Part shown: piece by piece, positions 15,124-23,353 of the stretch
Layout of the letters: every line of letters starts with the position of its first letter
How positions within the stretch are numbered: the stretch's first letter is position 1
Sequence record: NZ_CP023509.1
DNA from: a plasmid
Reading direction: 5' to 3' (one strand)
Length of the DNA: 39,540 bases
The notes under the pieces: model-generated
The model's database searches: none
Seen by the model: the letters and a program-made list of their open reading frames with translations, nothing else
Told to the model about the DNA's origin: nothing
Translations under genes and position numbers: made by a program

Positions 15124-15771
15124 ATGCTTAGCTCCCTGTTCACCTCCTCAACCCCACCCCCAAACGAAAACGAATTTGCGGTTAACCTGGTCCTCTTGTT
15201 CTTCCTCCTAATCCTCATGTTATTCGCCGCCTTCGCTGTGTGGCACGATTCTGAAACTGCTCACAAAATCAAGAACAAGATGACATGGCATTTAGTAACG
15301 ACGATTGAAAAAGAGAGCATTGACAAAGAAACACGCCTTGAAAATCTGAAAATCCGCGACTGGAACCCATTTATCAAAAAAGCATACATCACCAAGGACC
15401 CGACCTATGCTGACGTTCTCCGCCACCGCCCCCACATCAGATTCAAGGCCAAAAGCCCGGTTCAAAAGTGGGGCGAAGAACTCGAATCAGTCTTCTCTTA
15501 TCAGGACGGCGATACCTGGTCAATGGATTATCCATCCTTGTACTGGAACGGTGACCCTGAAAACGCTGCACCGGGAGAAAGGCTTAACAGTGTTATCCAC
15601 ATCGTCCCTTCAGATAAGGATTACTCCTACTGCACGACTGAGATTTGGCATTATCGCCTCTGCAACAGGAAGCAGCTCAAAGAAGAGGGCAAGGATCATG
15701 AGCATACCGGCATGTGTGAGCTCGTCAATTCCGTTAAGCATGTGACCTGGCATATTAAGGTGAAGGGGTAG
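15124..15771 (+). CDS. Membrane-anchored Cys/His-rich protein, family D paralog 3
   Basis: The track ORF 15001..15771 is probably over-extended, because the conserved leader and SD place the start at the ATG 15124 (MLSSLF...). C-terminal IHIVPSDKDYSYCTTEIWHYRLC...HEHTGMC...HVTWHIKVKG. Confidence 0.6.
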   Translation: MLSSLFTSSTPPPNENEFAVNLVLLFFLLILMLFAAFAVWHDSETAHKIKNKMTWHLVTTIEKESIDKETRLENLKIRDWNPFIKKAYITKDPTYADVLRHRPHIRFKAKSPVQKWGEELESVFSYQDGDTWSMDYPSLYWNGDPENAAPGERLNSVIHIVPSDKDYSYCTTEIWHYRLCNRKQLKEEGKDHEHTGMCELVNSVKHVTWHIKVKG

Positions 15772-15775
15772 CGTC

Positions 15776-15961
15776 ATGTATGAGAGTGTTCTAACTGAAC
15801 TTTCATGGTTTGCAGCAGGATATTTTGTTACCCTCTTCAGCCTGGCCTGGATTGCGGCCTACTACCGGGAACCTGAGATTATCAAAAAAGGCGCCATAGC
15901 TTTCCCTGTGGCTTGGTTTACCCTTGAATTTGTTATGCGCGTCCTGCTGCTGATGCTGTAA
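15776..15961 (+). CDS. Small membrane protein (61 aa)
   Basis: Two TM helices. In the same position as 14621..14863 in the sister module. Confidence 0.5.
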   Translation: MYESVLTELSWFAAGYFVTLFSLAWIAAYYREPEIIKKGAIAFPVAWFTLEFVMRVLLLML

Positions 15962-15963
15962 AC

Positions 15964-16005
15964 GAAGTGCCCCACCCCGTACATGGGGTGGGGCACTTCT
16001 TTTTC
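15964..16005 (+). terminator. Intrinsic terminator (15-bp stem + TTTTT)
   Basis: gaagtgccccacccc gtacat ggggtggggcacttc tttttcc. Confidence 0.75.
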
Positions 16006-16007
16006 CA

Positions 16008-16406
16008 TCAGTCAAAAAGGAACCCATTCGGCGGGCGGAAATAACGCCTCGAAATGACCGCGTGGCGCTTCGCGTCCTCCATCGTCACCGCGCCACTCTC
16101 GCACCCTCGCGCGAAATCCTCCAGCATGTCCAGGGTTGGTCTCTCACCCGGTGCAGCTGGTTCAAGGGACACCCGGTTGCGGACATCCTCTCGTTCAAAG
16201 GTGGAGCCAATAAAGCCTCTGACCGCTTCGACGGTCAGAGGTAAGCGGGGCGGTTCACATGCAGGGTTTGCCGGTACCGCCCACTCAACCAGGCCTGCTA
16301 GAGTGTCGGTTGCTCGCGCGGTGATGTCCCATTGATGCGTGTCAGGTTCGCGCGATTCTATCGTGACGGTAAACAACTGCTCCGCCTGATTCTCTGTCAT
16401 CATCAT
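16008..16406 (-). CDS. Hypothetical protein, family C-like (PRLPLTVEAVRGF motif)
   Basis: 132 aa. SD AGGAGGAA. Starts 13 nt downstream of 16420..17361, so it is in the same operon. Confidence 0.5.
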   Translation of the reverse strand: MMMTENQAEQLFTVTIESREPDTHQWDITARATDTLAGLVEWAVPANPACEPPRLPLTVEAVRGFIGSTFEREDVRNRVSLEPAAPGERPTLDMLEDFARGCESGAVTMEDAKRHAVISRRYFRPPNGFLFD

Positions 16407-16419
16407 TTCCTCCTGTCCG

Positions 16420-17361
16420 CTAGCGCCAGACCCTCACCAACGGACGGCGAATCACCGGCGTTCCCTCCGGGCCTTTCAAGAACGGCATAATCCACCTCAA
16501 CCGGCGCTTCGCTAGGCCCTTACCGTAGGCGACATTGCGCCAGTGACCCCGCACGACGAATTGGTGACTGTACCACTCTTCACGATCTTCTCGCCCGCCC
16601 TGAGCCTCTGAGCTGCGCACCGCCTGCTTCCTTAGCGTCGGGCTAATCTGCACCGTGCGCACGGTCGCGCCCGGCACGCTACGGCGCTTGCCATGCTTAC
16701 GCTTGGTCTTCGGGGTGACTGTCTCGGCTCCAATCGAGGTAAGCGACGTATCACCCATCAACAAGAACGTGGCCTCAACAAGGCGTAGGCACGCTTCCCC
16801 CACATCACCAGCTAACGCAAATCGCCCACCTGCGGGGACTCTGGGCACCTCGCCGGGACACTCAGGGATTCCTAGCACGCTACCGGTACCCTTGGGCGCG
16901 TGCATTGGAGAAGAGGCGGCGGCACGCTGTGCCGGGCCGAAAATCAGAAGTAGCCGGCCGTCCTGCACCACGAATCCTAGAACCTCGCACACCGGCGGTA
17001 TATCCTGCCCAAAGGCACCCCGCCGCCACAGCTGCGGCGCGCCGGTCGTATCCACTGTGAAAATGCCGGTGCCCGTTTCATAAAGCACGCCCATGTTTCG
17101 GGTAAGGTCAAGCCAGGACTCCCCCGATTCTTTTTCGGGCATGGATTCATCCTGGGAAGCGTCGAAAATAACATCCGTGATGTCGTCGGCAATCCAGAAA
17201 ATATCGTCTAGCTTCACTTCTGGCTGGAATGGCACCGCCATGTGAATTACGTCCTCTGGGGTGCCTGGGGGGAATTGCTTCCGGGCGTGACTGTAGGCTG
17301 CGGAATACAGGCTACTTTCCAGAATTGCGGGGGTGTCCTTGATGCTGATTCGGTGCGTCAT
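16420..17361 (-). CDS. Hypothetical protein (313 aa), basic C-terminus
   Basis: Long ORF. The palindromic operator (17566-17598) lies in its upstream region. Confidence 0.5.
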   Translation of the reverse strand: MTHRISIKDTPAILESSLYSAAYSHARKQFPPGTPEDVIHMAVPFQPEVKLDDIFWIADDITDVIFDASQDESMPEKESGESWLDLTRNMGVLYETGTGIFTVDTTGAPQLWRRGAFGQDIPPVCEVLGFVVQDGRLLLIFGPAQRAAASSPMHAPKGTGSVLGIPECPGEVPRVPAGGRFALAGDVGEACLRLVEATFLLMGDTSLTSIGAETVTPKTKRKHGKRRSVPGATVRTVQISPTLRKQAVRSSEAQGGREDREEWYSHQFVVRGHWRNVAYGKGLAKRRLRWIMPFLKGPEGTPVIRRPLVRVWR

Positions 17362-17565
17362 TGCGGCCCTTGTCTCCTTCCTGCGGTGGGTATGAGAAAC
17401 CCCGCTAAGCCGGGGGGCTTTAGCGGGGTTGAAAGATTCTCAATCCCCCGGATTACACCGGGGGTTGATTTGATTGTATCGCGCATTGTCTAGGGCGTGC
17501 AACCGTCGAAGCGGATCACATCTGCACAGCGGCAAGGGGACGCAATCATTGCAGATTGATATCAC

Positions 17566-17598
17566 TATGCAGTCATAGCATAATGCTATGACTGCATA
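17566..17598. promoter_or_regulatory. 33-bp perfect palindrome TATGCAGTCATAGCAT A ATGCTATGACTGCATA (operator copy B)
   Basis: Same motif family as 7528..7546 and 18681..18737. Confidence 0.55.
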
Positions 17599-17604
17599 AC
17601 GCAA

Positions 17605-18612
17605 TCACCGCATCAGAAGTTCAGCAAGCGATACATCCTCGGGCTCATCAAAATAACGCTGCGCCAAGCGGCAAATGACCAGCAGACCGGCGACTGCAAA
17701 CAGGGTAATGAGTGCGACTTCCCACCCGAAGAACGCCGCCACGGGAACAGCAATGCCGAAAGCGTGCGTGTTGAATTTGCGCATGAGCTGAGCCAAAGCT
17801 GCCGCACCGAATATCGCAGCGCCTACTATCAGCGCCGGGATAACCCCAATGTTCACCCCAAGGGCGGGCCCACCTGCCGATAGAGCCAGTGCTCCAATTG
17901 CCATCATGAGGCTTGCGTACATTCCAGGGACCACAGCAAGTTCACATTCTTCTGTCCGAAATTCCAGCCGGTCGAGGACATAACAGACCATGAGACAGAC
18001 CATCATCAAAAAGCCGACGTGCCCGGATCCAGATTCACCATGACCCAACAGGGGTTGCAGCACATCAGCGAGGAAAAGCCCCGTTGCAGCACCGGCCACA
18101 GTTACCTGCACCTGCTGAAAACGTCGTCCAGGGCGCGGGCGGGGAAGCGGCACGAGAAAAGCTGCTGGAAGAATCAGACTCAGGGCAAGAAGTACCGGCA
18201 TTCCCTGCCTCCATAGCCCTATCGCGCCTAGCATGAGGGCTACAGAGGCGCTGGCGGTGAAGAAGCCAGCAAGAATTTTCTCCGAAACCCACAGGCACTT
18301 CTCGTAGTCGTCCAGGTGTTCCAGATACCATTTTTTCCACCGGCGAGCTTCCGACGGACTGAACACGACTTTCCCTCGGCGCAGCTCTGCCGCGTCAATC
18401 AGGTGTGCACGGTACATCTGCTGCACCAGGCACTCACCACGTCCCACGAGGCACCCCACGTCTTCGGCGGTCAGATATTTCTCCGGCCCCAGAGGTACAC
18501 CAAACATGATTAGAAATTCGTCATTTAGTTCTTGGTGAACGGCACCCTCACCACTAGGGGTTGGAATTTCCGCTGCGTGACTCATACTCAAAACCTTTAC
18601 TTTGTTCGACAT
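17605..18612 (-). CDS. Polytopic membrane protein with ~120-aa cytoplasmic N-terminal domain
   Basis: 335 aa with many hydrophobic helices. The promoter TAGAAT lies only ~10 nt upstream of the ATG, giving a near-leaderless transcript with no SD. Confidence 0.6.
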   Translation of the reverse strand: MSNKVKVLSMSHAAEIPTPSGEGAVHQELNDEFLIMFGVPLGPEKYLTAEDVGCLVGRGECLVQQMYRAHLIDAAELRRGKVVFSPSEARRWKKWYLEHLDDYEKCLWVSEKILAGFFTASASVALMLGAIGLWRQGMPVLLALSLILPAAFLVPLPRPRPGRRFQQVQVTVAGAATGLFLADVLQPLLGHGESGSGHVGFLMMVCLMVCYVLDRLEFRTEECELAVVPGMYASLMMAIGALALSAGGPALGVNIGVIPALIVGAAIFGAAALAQLMRKFNTHAFGIAVPVAAFFGWEVALITLFAVAGLLVICRLAQRYFDEPEDVSLAELLMR

Positions 18613-18680
18613 TCTCTATATTTATATTCTACTAGAAGTTAAAGAATATATCCAGGATTTCCGGTTATGTTTCTACAACA

Positions 18681-18737
18681 AAGTGATTGCACTATGCAGT
18701 CATTGCATAATGCAATGACTGCATAGTGCAATCACTT
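18681..18737. promoter_or_regulatory. 57-bp perfect palindrome (operator copy C): AAGTGATTGCACTATGCAGTCATTGCAT A ATGCAATGACTGCATAGTGCAATCACTT
   Basis: Upstream of 17605..18612, next to a module-like -10 element (tatattctactagaagttaaagaatata). Confidence 0.6.
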
Positions 18738-18823
18738 GTTTTTACCTGATATTTCAAGGAATACAGCAAAAAGGGGGTAGATAAATCATAGCGATTCATC
18801 CGCCCCCTTCACACCCAAAGTCT

Positions 18824-19870
18824 CTAAGGCTCAACACGGCGGCGCACGGCGAAAACCCCTGCTGCGCCAGTTGCAATCAGCACAAAGCCGCCGATAGCAA
18901 GACCTCCACTAGATTCTGTTACACCCGTATAGGCAAGCTCTCGGCGCTTTTCCGTCCTGGAATCCTGAGCTGGAATCGCACTAGGCGATACCTTCTCATC
19001 CTGCTTCTGAACAGTCGAGTTCTTCGGCTGCTGAGTGGAAGGCTTCACCGGCGCGGGTGCCTCCGGCGCGATAACAACTTCCACTTCACCAGCCCCTAAA
19101 GCTTCCCCCGAATCCTGAACAGCGGGGGAAGAGCCCCGATCACTAGAGGGCGCAATAGGCACTTCCTGGTTCACGCCGCCCGAATCTTGAGCACCTTCAC
19201 TAGCACGCGCTGTAGATGACGGTTCCGGCTCGGGAGTGATAGCCACGTCCGCGTCACTGGAGGGTTCCGGCTCTGCTGCGGGCGGGGTGCTCGGTTCCGG
19301 CTCCGGCTCAATCACCGGTACCACATCGTCGGTGGGCCTCTGCTCAGCGGGCACTTCGTCACGCTCACTTCGCACCGGCTCAGGCTCAGGGGTGATAGGC
19401 ACCTCAGATTCACCGCTCGGCTCCGGTGCCGGTGTGCTCGGTTCCGGCTCAGGGGTAATAGCCACGTCCGCGTCACTGGAGGGTTCCGGCTCTGCTGCGG
19501 GCGGGGTGCTCGGTTCCGGGGAAGGGGCAAGAACGACCTCTGTCTGCACTACCTCCGGTTCATGAGATTCTGCAACCGGCGCATCGGGGGTTTCATCCTG
19601 CACAGGCCCGGCTGCATCTTCACGCTCTGTTGCAACCTCAGCTTCCGGTACGTTTTGACCTGAGCCGATACCTTCTTCTGCTTCCGCGCCCCGCGCCGCC
19701 CCGCCGTGCACAATATAGTTCACAACAAGAGCCTGGGTCTGCTCACGGGTCAGCGAATCGCTAGAGCGAATCGTCACCGCCCCCTCTTGGGCGGTGGCTG
19801 CGGTGCAGGACAAAGCGGTAGCGGCGGCGGCTATAGTGAGTGAGGTGACAAGAACCTTATGAGGGTGCAC
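18824..19870 (-). CDS. Sortase-anchored surface protein (signal peptide, Pro/Glu-rich tandem repeats, LAYTG motif + TM + RRR tail)
   Basis: 348 aa. N-terminal signal MHPHKVLVTSLTIAAAATALSCTAATAQ. Repeated PEPEPSTPPAAEPEPSSDADVAITPEPEPS encoded by ~90-bp direct DNA repeats (19221-19310 and 19440-19530). C-terminal LAYTG..hydrophobic..RRRVEP. Confidence 0.7.
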   Translation of the reverse strand: MHPHKVLVTSLTIAAAATALSCTAATAQEGAVTIRSSDSLTREQTQALVVNYIVHGGAARGAEAEEGIGSGQNVPEAEVATEREDAAGPVQDETPDAPVAESHEPEVVQTEVVLAPSPEPSTPPAAEPEPSSDADVAITPEPEPSTPAPEPSGESEVPITPEPEPVRSERDEVPAEQRPTDDVVPVIEPEPEPSTPPAAEPEPSSDADVAITPEPEPSSTARASEGAQDSGGVNQEVPIAPSSDRGSSPAVQDSGEALGAGEVEVVIAPEAPAPVKPSTQQPKNSTVQKQDEKVSPSAIPAQDSRTEKRRELAYTGVTESSGGLAIGGFVLIATGAAGVFAVRRRVEP

Positions 19871-19886
19871 GTCTTTTCTCCTTGAG

Positions 19887-21233
19887 TTAAGAATTGATAA
19901 TGATGCTTCGGCGGTCAGCCCCCACAGTGACGCGGTGACCGTCGGCGGTCATTCCAATCACAGGGGAATCGCTAGAGGTAATAAATCCGGCGGTAGTCGC
20001 CTCGCCAGTGGCTCCACCCTCAAATTCAAGGCTGAATCCACCACCGGTACGGGCGGTGACCTTGACCGGAACAGACGGAAGAGGATAGCTGCCCTCACCG
20101 TTCAGGTACATCACCTGAACACCTGCAATTGCAAGAGTGCCTGTCGGGTCGATTTTTACTTCCGCTCCATCTGGAACTTCAAAAGTCCGGGTGACACTTT
20201 CAGCATTAGCCCCCTGCACAGCGAGGATAGCCCCGCCATTTGCGGCGTGCCAGAGCGTCACCACCTCTCCATTAGCGGTTGCGCCCACCCATCCGGCAAG
20301 AGTTGCACCCTCAGTCGGGGCAATGAGCGGGTGGCTTCCTGTCTCAGTACCGGAAGCGGTCGCGGTAATGATGCTTCCACCGTTGCGAGTCGAGGCCCAC
20401 AGGCCAGAGCCTTTGCTCGTGGCAATGAAAGCGGCACCGGTTGCGGGGGAGCGGTACCTCTCCGTTCCAGTTACACCGATCTTCTGCACTGTGTTCGGGG
20501 TGGCATCGGTGCGTGAAACTAGCACCGGTTCACCGGCACGGGTGATAAGCGCCTGTGTCTTCGGGCTAAACCCAGTTAGAGCTGAGAATTTGCCGCCGCC
20601 CCACATGAAATAATTTCCTGCGGCGGTGTAGATGAATCCGTCACCGGTACTACCAATGCTGACCTGTGCAGCGGTCAATTTGCTCTTCGTCAAGTCAGTC
20701 TGGCTCACTAGAGCTCCGCGTGAATCGACGACATAGAGGGTGTCCCCGTCAATGTAGCTGATGTGCTGACCATCGCCGCTAATTGCTGCGGCCTTGAATG
20801 TTCCGTTGTCCAGAGCTAGGGTAATGTCAGCTGGGGCGGTCGCTGCGGCTGAGCTAGACGGGGCGTTCATGCTGGCAACGGCGGCGATAGCGCCGCCACC
20901 TAGAGTCACAGCCAAGAGTGCCGCTGCCGGAATCATGAGGACTTTACGCTTCCACAAAGGGGTGCGCTCCACCTCTTCGGTCACGGCGTGCAACACCGGG
21001 TCAGCGTCCGCTCCGACAGTGTAATGGCTCGTTTTACTGCCTTCACGGACGGAAACCTTCACGTCGCGGTTGAGGGTTTGGGCGACAGTGGCACAACGTT
21101 TCCACACCTGCACCAGGGCCTCTTCGGTAGTTGCGTCCTGAAAGGTGCGGGGAGCGTGGTCTTGAATTTCAAGCTGAATAAGGCCGTCAGCTGAGACGGT
21201 CGCATCAATGCGGGGGTAGTCCAGAGCGTCCAT
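19887..21233 (-). CDS. Bitopic membrane protein with large Gly/Thr/Ala-rich extracytoplasmic beta-rich domain
   Basis: 448 aa. One TM around residues 100-125. Repetitive G/T/A/S-rich C-terminal region. Located in the conjugation surface cluster. Confidence 0.55.
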   Translation of the reverse strand: MDALDYPRIDATVSADGLIQLEIQDHAPRTFQDATTEEALVQVWKRCATVAQTLNRDVKVSVREGSKTSHYTVGADADPVLHAVTEEVERTPLWKRKVLMIPAAALLAVTLGGGAIAAVASMNAPSSSAAATAPADITLALDNGTFKAAAISGDGQHISYIDGDTLYVVDSRGALVSQTDLTKSKLTAAQVSIGSTGDGFIYTAAGNYFMWGGGKFSALTGFSPKTQALITRAGEPVLVSRTDATPNTVQKIGVTGTERYRSPATGAAFIATSKGSGLWASTRNGGSIITATASGTETGSHPLIAPTEGATLAGWVGATANGEVVTLWHAANGGAILAVQGANAESVTRTFEVPDGAEVKIDPTGTLAIAGVQVMYLNGEGSYPLPSVPVKVTARTGGGFSLEFEGGATGEATTAGFITSSDSPVIGMTADGHRVTVGADRRSIIINS

Positions 21234-21236
21234 AAT

Positions 21237-21893
21237 TTACTTCTTCTGTGTCCTAGCCTTCACGAATGAGTTAAAACCTTGCGGTTCAAGGATGTTTGCA
21301 GCCTTCCATTTGGTCGGCCTGTCAGCGGTACGGTGCACGCGAACGAAGTACTGCGGGCTGATGCCTCCTTCGACGGCGACTGCCACAGTGACCCAATAGG
21401 GGTTTTCCCCCATAGCCGTTTCGAGAGTCGGATCATTAGCGATAGTCGCTCCGGTGACCTTCCCCTTAAGAATGTCGGTTTTGGTCTTCGAGCCGAACTG
21501 ATTCTGGAGCTCAGGGTCAATCAAGGGGAAGAGCTCGTCGCTCCATTCCTTGTAGTCTTTACCGCTGGTGTAGGCGGTCACGATTGCCTTTGCTGTGTCC
21601 ACCGCGCGGGCGCGGTCTTCGTCAGTGATGGAGGTTAGCACCGCTTCGCTGGAGGGTTGCTGCTCACCTACCCCCACCCCTGCAAGAGGGGAGGGGTCAA
21701 TGCTGACCGTGGGGGTCGGCTTGGCCGTTGTCGTTGCAGTGGGGGAGACAGTCGGCTCAGCAGTGGTTGCAGTAACGGTCGGGGACGGGCTGGCCGTCGC
21801 GGTTTCCGTCTTTGCAGAGCCTGCGCAGCCGGTGGCCAGAAGTGCCACTGCAAGGGTCAATACTGCGGGGGTGATTCCTTTTTTCATCATCAA
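21237..21893 (-). CDS. Lipoprotein (lipobox LATGC) with Thr/Pro-rich linker
   Basis: 218 aa. MMMKKGITPAVLTLAVALLATGCAGS. Confidence 0.65.
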   Translation of the reverse strand: MMMKKGITPAVLTLAVALLATGCAGSAKTETATASPSPTVTATTAEPTVSPTATTTAKPTPTVSIDPSPLAGVGVGEQQPSSEAVLTSITDEDRARAVDTAKAIVTAYTSGKDYKEWSDELFPLIDPELQNQFGSKTKTDILKGKVTGATIANDPTLETAMGENPYWVTVAVAVEGGISPQYFVRVHRTADRPTKWKAANILEPQGFNSFVKARTQKK

Positions 21894-21907
21894 TCAGTCC
21901 TTTCTTC

Positions 21908-23173
21908 TTAGGCGTTCGGCATGTAGAGGAATGCGGACGGCGAACCATTCGAGACAACACGGGTGTAGTAGATGTGGTCATTCGGTGCGCCCAGGCCGTT
22001 GTAGCCCTCTTCTACGAAGGTTCCGTCATCGCGGACTTCCTTCACGATAGCAACGTGACCGTAGCCACTCATTCCGGCAACGTGCGGGCCGTAGTAAACC
22101 ACTGCGCCAACCCGCGGTTCATGACCGCTAGGCCAGCCTCGGCCTGTCCAGTGACCAAGCCATACCGAAGCGTTACCGGGCGAATGGAAGGTGATGTTCT
22201 CTGCATCGCCACCGGTTTGTCGAGTGACGCGCCAGGCTGCAAATGCCACGCACTCACTCGGGAGTGCGTTTGTCGGGTCAGGAGTCGTCGGGCAGTAGCT
22301 GTAATCGCCGCTGCAATGTGCCATGTGAGCCCACGGGTAATCATCGCCGGATGAGTCCGTGCTGACAGAGCCTCCGGTGTTACCGCCGGGGTTGTTCTTG
22401 TCCGTCTTGGCGGCTTCCTTCTTGCATTCCTTCTTGGTGCTAGAGGTATTTTTCTTCTCTGCTGCTGCGCTGTTCGTCGCTGATGCGGTCACCTTCTGCG
22501 CCGTCACATTGGACAAAGAGGGTTCCTGCTCGCCGGTAGGGTAGTCCTCGATTCCAAGGTCTTTGATGAGGGTCTGGTACTGCTTCCAGTGCGCGCGGAT
22601 TGCGGGGGCGTAATCTGCGTTTTCAGAGGTGTTCCAGCCTCCGTCTTGCTGGATAACTGCGGTGGGGCCTGCGTTGTATGCCCTGAGCACGTTATCGATT
22701 TCGTCGCCGCCTACGCCAGAATTACGAAGGATTCGCTTAAGGTCGCCCATGTAGCGGCCCATTGCCCGGATTGCATCGCGGGGGTTGAAGGGGTCGCCGC
22801 CGTTGCCATAGGACGGCCAGGTGCCGGGCATGAATTGGGCCAGACCTTGCGCACCTACGCCGGAAACAGCGTTAGGATCCCACCCTGATTCTTGGTGGAT
22901 GGTTGCAGCGATGAGGGAGACAGGAAACCCGCTGAGGGCACTAGCCTCTTTCAGTTCGGGAAGGTAAGTTTTGATCGTCTCGCCTCGGTCACCAATGCTG
23001 GTGACCGGCTCTGCTGCCGGTGCGTGGGCTGCGGGCTGGCTTCCATTACCGCTGTTGCCGGTGGTCGTGCACGCGGCGGCTGAGTTGCTGCCGAAGGCGA
23101 GAAGAAGGGAAAGAATAAGCCCGAAAACAAAGATGAAGGGCATAAAGACAACAAGGGCACTTTTTTGCTGCAT
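21908..23173 (-). CDS. Secreted peptidoglycan hydrolase for conjugation: lytic transglycosylase (SLT) domain + C-terminal CHAP amidase/peptidase domain (VirB1/CwlT/TcpG analogue)
   Basis: 421 aa. Signal peptide. SLT-like ESGWDPNAVSGVGAQGLAQFMPGTW. CHAP-like C-terminus with a Cys (SECVAFAAWRV) and a His (GHVAIV). Confidence 0.8.
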   Translation of the reverse strand: MQQKSALVVFMPFIFVFGLILSLLLAFGSNSAAACTTTGNSGNGSQPAAHAPAAEPVTSIGDRGETIKTYLPELKEASALSGFPVSLIAATIHQESGWDPNAVSGVGAQGLAQFMPGTWPSYGNGGDPFNPRDAIRAMGRYMGDLKRILRNSGVGGDEIDNVLRAYNAGPTAVIQQDGGWNTSENADYAPAIRAHWKQYQTLIKDLGIEDYPTGEQEPSLSNVTAQKVTASATNSAAAEKKNTSSTKKECKKEAAKTDKNNPGGNTGGSVSTDSSGDDYPWAHMAHCSGDYSYCPTTPDPTNALPSECVAFAAWRVTRQTGGDAENITFHSPGNASVWLGHWTGRGWPSGHEPRVGAVVYYGPHVAGMSGYGHVAIVKEVRDDGTFVEEGYNGLGAPNDHIYYTRVVSNGSPSAFLYMPNA

Positions 23174-23335
23174 ACAGTTCTATCTCCTGGTGTTGTGGAG
23201 GTGGTCGGATGTATGAGTGTTTGTGCCCTGGGCCGCCCACTGGTGAGGTGGCCTCAGTATCAATTTTAACGGAAAGGTTCGACTTTTAAAAGTGTTCCGG
23301 GGCTCATTTTTACCATTGCGTGCAGTGATTCCCTG

Positions 23336-23344
23336 TGGATAACT
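23336..23344 (-). promoter_or_regulatory. Perfect DnaA box (TTATCCACA on minus strand)
   Basis: tgtggataa lies immediately upstream of the iteron block. Confidence 0.5.
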
Positions 23345-23353
23345 CTGTACAGG

